From the NCBI GenBank assembly GCA_963744655.1, contig CAVUUJ010000002.1, positions 926,053-990,052 on the forward strand: 64,000 bases of DNA, read 5' to 3'. The position numbers were made by a program, and so were the translations under genes. Each line of letters opens with the position of its first letter. Position 1 is the first letter of the stretch. Below, piece after piece: positions 58,301 through 64,000 of the stretch. Below the pieces are notes generated by a model. That model worked only from the letters and a program-made list of their open reading frames with translations, ran no database searches and was not told where the DNA came from. This DNA comes from an uncultured bacterium. GTDB lineage: Bacteria; Verrucomicrobiota; Kiritimatiellia; PWTM01.

Positions 58301-58627
58301 ATCACCGTCATCGGCGTCACCGCGCGCCCCGTGTCGCGCCGGATCCGCGTCACGGGACCCTACCGGCGCGAGCGGCTGCCCGACCTCGTCGAGCGGCACG
58401 GCGTCAACGTGGCCGTGTTTCCCTCGGTCTGGCCCGAGACCTTCTCGCGGGTGGCCGAGGAGCTGATGCACATGCGGCTGCCGATCGCGGCCTTCGACCT
58501 GGGCGCCCCCGCCGAGCGGCTGCGGCGCTACCCCCGCGCGCGGCTCGCGGAGCGCGTGGACGCGGAAGCCCTGCTCGACGCGGCCCTGGCGCTGCACGCC
58601 GATGCCGGGGGCCCGGCGGTCCCTTGA
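55334..58627 (+). CDS. Three-domain glycosyltransferase (GT2-GT2-GT4-like)
   Basis: First GT2 VSVIIPCFN/DDGSTD/LDADD/EDHD. Second GT2 DVIVPVYN/EDASTD/NTD/GYAEENDWC. C-terminal GT-B GGG/HAKG/FPSVWPETFS. Confidence 0.9.
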   Translation: MPKVSVIIPCFNQGAYLDEAVDSVLAQTFEDLEIVVVDDGSTDPATVAKLAAYERPKTRVVHTPNLGLPGARNLGIRESRGAYLLPLDADDRIAPTYVEQAAAVLDASPGTGIVYCRAELFGDEEGPWALPPFRLPDGLVSPCIFASALFRRSDWEAAGGYCETMRSGLEDHDLWLSLLERGAAVHRLDETLFHYRRTAASMSRHYTPEQLHALLDACIRRHRPLFERHFEGICHLAFDAGERARHREPAAPPDGGRPPSARRAGSPLARLPGLARVRALFPYVRVYRGRGWHVALEDFATGAGRLRLDGWAFHERGAARRAVLAHGAARTALAWGRPRGDVADVHPRFASAARSGLVGSAPLEASPGAPRLELEAGDTSLSLRLPRPARLRAGRLAATLAAVTPARAGKAVLWLLQGKPGLVAAEVRRLAHVPDRRAETGELARVLDAWETGTAPAAADGGFDVIVPVYNGAAFLPRFLESLRAHTGPRHRVILVEDASTDPAVLPLLEAFCKGRPGTVLLRHDVNRGFVASVNEGARRARGHFAIVNTDVELPGGWLERLMAPILRDPLVASATPFTDGGTLNAFPEIGRDNELPDGATPGEVDAVFRRVDAARLRIEAPTGMGFCMGFRAEAVRAIGRFDEEAFGRGYAEENDWCLRARAAGYTHLLVPNLFVHHAHTGSFGREKQALLERNLAVLRRRHPGYDRLTGDFFRLDPPGVLRRFLLFRLLAERAGDRLRVIVDHDMGGGANAYRDEWIRRHADAGDTVVALLYAARERAYRLALRRGALEAVLWAADLDAVFRVLGGLRPAEAWYNCAVTFPDPLDLAARLRAWRRGAAAKLIVAVEDFFPLCPSFDLLDRDGRFCGVPDRAACRACLPGNPFTEGDVPRDIDAWRDAWGAVLADADEVVCFSEDSAKWVRRAYPDLGEKPRFRIEPHELEPAGVRVPRVRAGGPLHVGIVGGVNHAKGLEVIEAMAAAVRRRGLDARITVIGVTARPVSRRIRVTGPYRRERLPDLVERHGVNVAVFPSVWPETFSRVAEELMHMRLPIAAFDLGAPAERLRRYPRARLAERVDAEALLDAALALHADAGGPAVP

Positions 58628-58662
58628 GGGCGCCGGACCAGGGGCGGCCGCGGCCCCGCCGC

Positions 58663-61233
58663 TTGACGGCGCGCCGCTCGGCCGCGGTCCTCGCGCTGCT
58701 CGTGGCCCTGGTCTTCGCCCTGGTCTACGGCGAGTTCCTGGCGGGCCGCTACGTCTATGCCTACCGCGACAGCGGGGCGGACACGATCAACCAGTACCTG
58801 CCGCGCCTGGCGTACCTCGCGGGGCAATGGCAGACCGACGGCCGCCCGGCGTGGACCTTCCGGCAGGTGCTGGGCAACGGGCTCGAGGTGTCCCTTCGCC
58901 CCGCGCTCGCCGACCCGTTCTACGCGGTGCTCGTCGCCGCCCGCCGGCCGTCGCTCATCCCCGCCGCGATGGTGTGGCTCACCGCGCTCAAGGCGCTGCT
59001 GGCGGCGTGGATCGCCTACCGCTTTCTGCGCGCGGTGCGAGCGAGCCGCTTCGCGGCGCGCGCCGGCGCGCTGCTCTACGCGTTCAACGGCTACTTCGTG
59101 CTGGCCGGCCAGCACTACCACCTCGGCACGTCGCTGCTGTGCCTTCCGCTCGTCCTCTGGGGCTTCGAGCGCTTCCGGCGGCGCGGCGCGACGCTGCTTT
59201 TCCCCTTGGCCGTGGCCTGGACCGCCTTCTCCTTCTACCGTCTCTACGTGGTCACGCCCGTGCTGGGGCTGTACGCGGTGATGCGCGGCGCGGGCCCCGG
59301 CCCGGGGCGCGACCGGCTTCCCCGGTGGTTCGGCCTCGCCGGCCTCTACGCGCTGGGCGTCGCGCTCGGCGGGATGTTCTTCCTCCCCTCGCTGCTCGGC
59401 ATCGCGCGCAGCCCGCGGGTGCAGGGCGCGGCGGCCGACTGGCTCGCGCGCGGCCACCTGCCCTCGCTCCTCGCGGGCCTCGCGGCGGCGGGCGCGGCGG
59501 CGGCGGCGCTCGGGTGGCTCGGGCGCCGCGCGTTCGTCGCCCTGTCGGACCGCTGGACCGCCCTGCCGCCCGGGCGGCGCGCGCGCGCGGGGGCGGCCCT
59601 CGTCGTAGCGGGCCTCGCCGCGCCCGCCGCCGCGCTTCTCCTGCAGCGCCCCCTCGCGCGCCTGGCCGGACGCAACGGCCTGGGCCTCTTCCACGGCCTG
59701 GACTACTTCCTGGCCGCGGCGGCCCGCATCCTGGCCGAGGACGTTTCCTGGCGCGCGCGCCTCAACCCCAGCGACTGGTGGAACGTCTACGACTATCCGC
59801 ACCTCTACGCGGGGCTGGCGGCCCTCGTGCTGGCGCCCCAGGTGTTCGCCGGGTTGCGGACCGCGCAGCGGCCGGCCTACGTGGCGGGGGGGCTGGCCGT
59901 GTACGCGGCGCTGACCTACCAGGTGGTTGCCTGGGCGCTGAGCGGCTTCGCGCGGGTCGACTACCGGTGGATGTTCGTGCTGATGCCCTTCGCGGCATGG
60001 CACGCGGCCGCGGGGATCGACACGCTGCTGCGGGGCGCGGGCCGGCGCGCGCTCCTGGCCGTGGCCGCCGCGGCCGTCGCGGCGGCGGGCCTCGTGGTCT
60101 GCCTGCTGTGCGCCGCCTTCGCCGCGCAACAGGGCCGCGGCTTCCACCCGCCCCTGGCCGTGGCGGGGCGCATCGCCCTCTTTGCGGCGGCGCACGGCGC
60201 GGCCCTGGCCTGGCTGGCGCGGCGCCCCGCGCGTCGCGGCGCCCGAACCGTGTTCGTGGGGCTCGTGGCCCTGGAAGCCGTCGTCTTCTGCCGGCCGCTC
60301 GTCGCCGACCGCGACCGCGTCGAGCCGGGCTTCTTCGCCGGGCAGCGCGCCTACACGGCGCGCCTCGACGCGGTGACGTCCGCGCTCGGCCGGCGCGGAC
60401 CGTCCTTCTTCCGGATGCACAAGGACTTCGCCTCGAACATCTACGGAGAGACCGAGCCGTTGCTGCTGGAGCGCTTCTTCACGACCGGGGGCTTCCTGTC
60501 CCTGCCCAACCCGCACACGATCGCCTTCTACCGCGCGCTGGACGTTGACTACTGCACCCGCGGCAACGAGAACTGCATCCACGGCGTGGGGACCGGCCGG
60601 CCGTGGCTCCAGGGGCTGCTCGCCGTCCGTTACCTGCTGTCCAAGGACCCCGGCACGCCGGAGGGCTACGACGACGACGGCGAGATCGACGCCTTTCGCG
60701 TCCTCCGCAACCGCGCCGCACGCCCGCTCGGCTTCGTGTACCGGCGCGCCGTGCGGCGCACGGCGTTCGACGCCCTCCCCCCGGCCGCGCGCGACCGCCT
60801 GCTGCACGAGGCGATGGTGTGGCCCGACGGTGCGCCGCTGCCGCCCGGCGTAACGGAAGCCGGGCCCGCTTCGCTCCCCCCGCGCCCGCCCGACCAAACG
60901 GCCGCCGCCGGCGCGCCCCCGTTCCGGGTGACCGCCTTCCGGGAGGACCGCCTCGCGGGCGATGTCAACACGGACGCACCGGGCCTGCTCTTCCTGTCCA
61001 TCCCCTATGACGCCGGCTGGCAGGCTTGGATCGACGGCCGGCCGGTCGCGCCCGTTCGCGTGAACATCGGGTTCCTGGGCCTGCCGCTGGAGGCCGGGTC
61101 GCACCGGGTCGAACTGGCCTACCGCTCCGCCGCGGTGCGCGCCGGCACGCGCTTCAGCCTGGCCGGGCTCGCCGGGTGGCTGGTTCTCGCGGCGGCGGCG
61201 GCACGCCGCGCGCGGGCGCGGGCGGCGGCCTGA
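58663..61233 (+). CDS. YfhO-family GT-C membrane protein
   Basis: DSGADTINQY.P, W.F...LG, YAFNGY, LLAVRY, LFLSIPYDAGWQA.IDG...VN.GF.G..L.AG.H.VELAY. TTG start inferred. Confidence 0.85.
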   Translation: MTARRSAAVLALLVALVFALVYGEFLAGRYVYAYRDSGADTINQYLPRLAYLAGQWQTDGRPAWTFRQVLGNGLEVSLRPALADPFYAVLVAARRPSLIPAAMVWLTALKALLAAWIAYRFLRAVRASRFAARAGALLYAFNGYFVLAGQHYHLGTSLLCLPLVLWGFERFRRRGATLLFPLAVAWTAFSFYRLYVVTPVLGLYAVMRGAGPGPGRDRLPRWFGLAGLYALGVALGGMFFLPSLLGIARSPRVQGAAADWLARGHLPSLLAGLAAAGAAAAALGWLGRRAFVALSDRWTALPPGRRARAGAALVVAGLAAPAAALLLQRPLARLAGRNGLGLFHGLDYFLAAAARILAEDVSWRARLNPSDWWNVYDYPHLYAGLAALVLAPQVFAGLRTAQRPAYVAGGLAVYAALTYQVVAWALSGFARVDYRWMFVLMPFAAWHAAAGIDTLLRGAGRRALLAVAAAAVAAAGLVVCLLCAAFAAQQGRGFHPPLAVAGRIALFAAAHGAALAWLARRPARRGARTVFVGLVALEAVVFCRPLVADRDRVEPGFFAGQRAYTARLDAVTSALGRRGPSFFRMHKDFASNIYGETEPLLLERFFTTGGFLSLPNPHTIAFYRALDVDYCTRGNENCIHGVGTGRPWLQGLLAVRYLLSKDPGTPEGYDDDGEIDAFRVLRNRAARPLGFVYRRAVRRTAFDALPPAARDRLLHEAMVWPDGAPLPPGVTEAGPASLPPRPPDQTAAAGAPPFRVTAFREDRLAGDVNTDAPGLLFLSIPYDAGWQAWIDGRPVAPVRVNIGFLGLPLEAGSHRVELAYRSAAVRAGTRFSLAGLAGWLVLAAAAARRARARAAA

Positions 61234-61434
61234 CCGGCACCCGCGGCCCCGCGATTCACCGTTCGACCTTCCGCGCGCCTGCGCTACACTCTCCGCGGCG
61301 GGGGCGGGTCCGCACCGCGGGCACCGTCGTCCCGCGCGGCGTGCCCGGCGGCAGGCTCGTCGCCGGTGTGCCCGCGGCGGGGAAGCGGCGGGGAGCGGAA
61401 GCCCGGGCCGGGCGCACACGGGGAACCGGACAGC

Positions 61435-63783
61435 GTGGAGACGGACACGGAGGCAGCGCGCGGCCGGCGGGCGGAGCTGCCCGCCTGGGTGCTCTGGGCG
61501 GTGCTCGTGACCGCCGTGCTCCTGCTGTTCCGCAACTACCTCTTCCGGGACTGGCTCTACGTGTTCCGGGACATCGGCTCGGACAGCTTCGTGCAGTATT
61601 GGCCCCGCGACCGCCTCGCGGCGCGCCGCCTGCTCGCGGGCGCGTGGGGCGCGTGGTCCTTCGAGCTGGGCGTCGGCACGCAGTTCGACGTGCTGCGGCC
61701 GGCGCTCAACCCGTTCAAGCTCGCGCTCTTCCTGCTGCCGCCGGACGCCTACCCGGGCGCGCTGGCCTGGAAGGCGGCACTCGAGCTGCTCGCCGCGGCC
61801 GCCGCGTGGCGTCTGTACCTCCGCGCCGCGGGCGTGCGCGGCTCGGCCGCCGTGCTCCTGCCCCTGTGCTTCGGCCTGAACGCCTACCTCGTGCGCTGGG
61901 GCCAGCATGCGCACCTGGGGTTCCTGTTCACGATCCTGCCGCTCCTGCTGGCGTCCCTCGAGCCGTTGATGGACGGACGCCGGGCATGGCCGGCAGTCGC
62001 GATGTTCGCGTGGCTCTTCGCCTGGAGCTACTACTACGGCTTCATGGTGGCGCTCTTCCTGCCCGCCTACGTCATGATGCGCCTGCTGCAACGCGGGGCG
62101 CCCGGCGCGGCGGCGCGGGCCGCCGGCGGACGCGCCGCCGTCGCCGTCGTCCTCGGCGCCCTGCTCGCCGCGTGGCAGCTCCTGCCGACGGCCCTGCAGC
62201 TGGCGGGCCACCCCCGGCTCGCGCCGGGCGCCGCGCCCCGGGCCGCCCTCGGCTTCTCCGCCCTGCGGGCGGCATCCGCCGTGCTGCACGCGGCCGGAAA
62301 CCACCCGTTCGGCGACGCCCTCCACTACGCGGGCCCGGACAACTACTACGAGGTGCCGTTGCTGTTCGTCGGCACGCTGCCCTGGCTGCTTGTGCCGCTC
62401 GGCGCGGCCGGCGCCGGGCGCCGCGTCCGCCTCGCCGGCGTCCTCGCGCTGCTCGTCGGCGCCGCCCTGGCCGCCTGGCCCGCCGCGGCCTGGATGTTCA
62501 ACGGCTTCGCGGCCGTCAACGCCCGACCGAGCTTCCTCGTCGTCGTACTCGTCCTGTTCTTCGCCGCGCGGGGACTGGCGACGACCGAAGCGCGCGGCCG
62601 CGTGCCGCGCGGGCCGCTCTTCGCGGGCCTCGCGCTCGCGGCGGGCGCCCTGGCCGCGGCGCTGGCCGTCGTGCGGCTCCGTGCGCCCGCCCTGCTGCCT
62701 ACCGCCTCGGCCACCGCGCTGCGGGCCGGGTTCTTCCTGGCGCTCTACGCGGCGCTGCTGCTGGCGTGGCGGCCCGGCCGGGGCCGTGCCGTCACCGCCG
62801 CGCTGGCCGTGCTCGCCGCGGCCGAGCTGGCGACGGGCACCGACGCGGTGCTCAACGCCCGCAAGATCCTGCCGCGCTCCTATGTCGGCGGCGGACGCGG
62901 CTACTACGACGACTCGGCGGACGCCGTCGCGAGGCTGCAGGCGGAGGACCGCTCGTTCTTCCGCATCGAGAAGACCCGCTGGTCGGTTTTCCTCTGCGAC
63001 GCCGCGTTCCAGGACTACCGCGGCACGCGTTCCTACCTCTCGGTCAACGAGCCGGCCTACCTGCGCTTTCTCGCGGCGCTCGGGGTGCCCTGGCTGAAGC
63101 CCGCGACGCCCGCCAACTACGTGAACGGGCTCGGCGAACGGCCCTTCCTGTCGGCCCTCTTCGGCGTGAAGTACCTGCTCTCTCCGGGCCCCGTGGAGCG
63201 CGAGGGGCTGGAGCCCGCCGGGTCGGCGGGGCCCTGGCGCATCTACCGCGACCGCCTCGCGCTGCCGTTCGGCTTCACCTACGACGCCCGGATGGCGCCC
63301 GCCGCCTTCGACGCGCTGGCGCCGGAGGCGCGCGACCGCGCCCTGGCCCACGCCTGCGTGGCCGACACGCCCGCCGCGCGGGCGGCCGCGCGGGGGCTTG
63401 CGGCGTGGAGTCCGCCGCCGGACGGGCCGGACGACGCCTCGGCGCGCGCGGCCCTGGCGCGCCGCGCGGCGGAGCCGTTCGACCCCGAGGCCGTGTCGCC
63501 GTCCCGCCTCCGCGGCCGCCTCCGCGCGGCCGGACCCCGCGTCCTGTGCCTCTCGCTGCCCTTCAACCGGGGCTGGCGCGCGACGTGCGACGGCGCGCCG
63601 CTCCCGCTCTTCGAGCTCAACCGCGGCATGACCGGCGCACAAATCGGCGCCGGCGGGCACGCGATCGAGCTGCGCTTCCGCGCGCCCGGCCGCCGGGCGG
63701 GCCTGCTCGCCAGCGGTGCCGCGCTGGCCGCGTGCCTCGCCGCGGCAGGGCGCCGCCGACTTGCCGGCCCGCGCGGCGGGTAG
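61435..63783 (+). CDS. Second YfhO-family GT-C membrane protein
   Basis: DIGSDSFVQYWP, WSFELGVG, FFRIEK, LFGVKY, LSLPFNRGWRA.CDG...N.GM.G...G.H.IELRF. Start uncertain (61366-61435). Confidence 0.85.
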   Translation: METDTEAARGRRAELPAWVLWAVLVTAVLLLFRNYLFRDWLYVFRDIGSDSFVQYWPRDRLAARRLLAGAWGAWSFELGVGTQFDVLRPALNPFKLALFLLPPDAYPGALAWKAALELLAAAAAWRLYLRAAGVRGSAAVLLPLCFGLNAYLVRWGQHAHLGFLFTILPLLLASLEPLMDGRRAWPAVAMFAWLFAWSYYYGFMVALFLPAYVMMRLLQRGAPGAAARAAGGRAAVAVVLGALLAAWQLLPTALQLAGHPRLAPGAAPRAALGFSALRAASAVLHAAGNHPFGDALHYAGPDNYYEVPLLFVGTLPWLLVPLGAAGAGRRVRLAGVLALLVGAALAAWPAAAWMFNGFAAVNARPSFLVVVLVLFFAARGLATTEARGRVPRGPLFAGLALAAGALAAALAVVRLRAPALLPTASATALRAGFFLALYAALLLAWRPGRGRAVTAALAVLAAAELATGTDAVLNARKILPRSYVGGGRGYYDDSADAVARLQAEDRSFFRIEKTRWSVFLCDAAFQDYRGTRSYLSVNEPAYLRFLAALGVPWLKPATPANYVNGLGERPFLSALFGVKYLLSPGPVEREGLEPAGSAGPWRIYRDRLALPFGFTYDARMAPAAFDALAPEARDRALAHACVADTPAARAAARGLAAWSPPPDGPDDASARAALARRAAEPFDPEAVSPSRLRGRLRAAGPRVLCLSLPFNRGWRATCDGAPLPLFELNRGMTGAQIGAGGHAIELRFRAPGRRAGLLASGAALAACLAAAGRRRLAGPRGG

Positions 63784-63829
63784 CCCGCGGCACCCGCTCC
63801 CGCCGTCTTGCGGCCGGGCGGACCGAACG

Positions 63830-64000
63830 CTACGAACCGGGGGGGGCGGCCGAAGCCTGCGGCCGCGGGAGCAACATGACGACCCCGCCGATCAGGCTGT
63901 TGAACAGCAGGCCCGTCAACCCCATGAAACTGACCAGCAGCGCCACTTCCGGCGGAACCCCGAACAGCCCGTACATCACGATGAAGACCCCTTCGCGAAT
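63830..64000 (-). CDS. C-terminal fragment of another LPG-synthase-TM/flippase-like membrane protein (runs off window)
   Basis: Own translation of the minus strand: IREGVFIVMYGLFGVPPEVALLVSFMGLTGLLFNSLIGGVVMLL...stop at 63830. The (G)IRE motif matches the GVRE of 51143..52087. Confidence 0.6.
   Translation of the reverse strand: MREGVFIVMYGLFGVPPEVALLVSFMGLTGLLFNSLIGGVVMLLPRPQASAAPPGS

Overview
Very GC-rich bacterial chromosomal window, densely coding with about 48 genes. It is probably from a diderm, and the sulfatases, TPR lipoprotein and gene repertoire suggest a PVC-type lineage such as Kiritimatiellota/Lentisphaerota (inference only). I saw no tRNA, rRNA, CRISPR array, transposase or integrase. 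The left two-thirds carries two Cys-type sulfatases, a class II photolyase, TPR proteins, a patatin, a URO-D-like protein, a frameshifted M20 peptidase, a GldA/F/G-DUF4340 ABC operon, efp-epmA, alpha-2-macroglobulin-pbpC, and an OmpR-family two-component pair followed by a small secreted protein with three CxKCGxxxGxxxCC repeats. The right third (42.7-64 kb) is a large surface-glycan locus: wzm, wzt with an extra inserted domain, a sulfotransferase, a coiled-coil protein, multidomain GT2/GT4 enzymes (one frameshifted at a homopolymer), an inverted Gtr-like module and two YfhO-type GT-C genes. The best candidates for novelty are (1) a possible sulfate-capped ABC-exported glycan system, (2) the 15-Cys secreted repeat protein with its own promoter and terminator, and (3) a loopless 40-bp low-GC palindrome at 835-874 lying at a local C-rich to G-rich strand switch. 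Start codons were re-called by eye and many long ORFs in the supplied track are GC-driven shadow frames.
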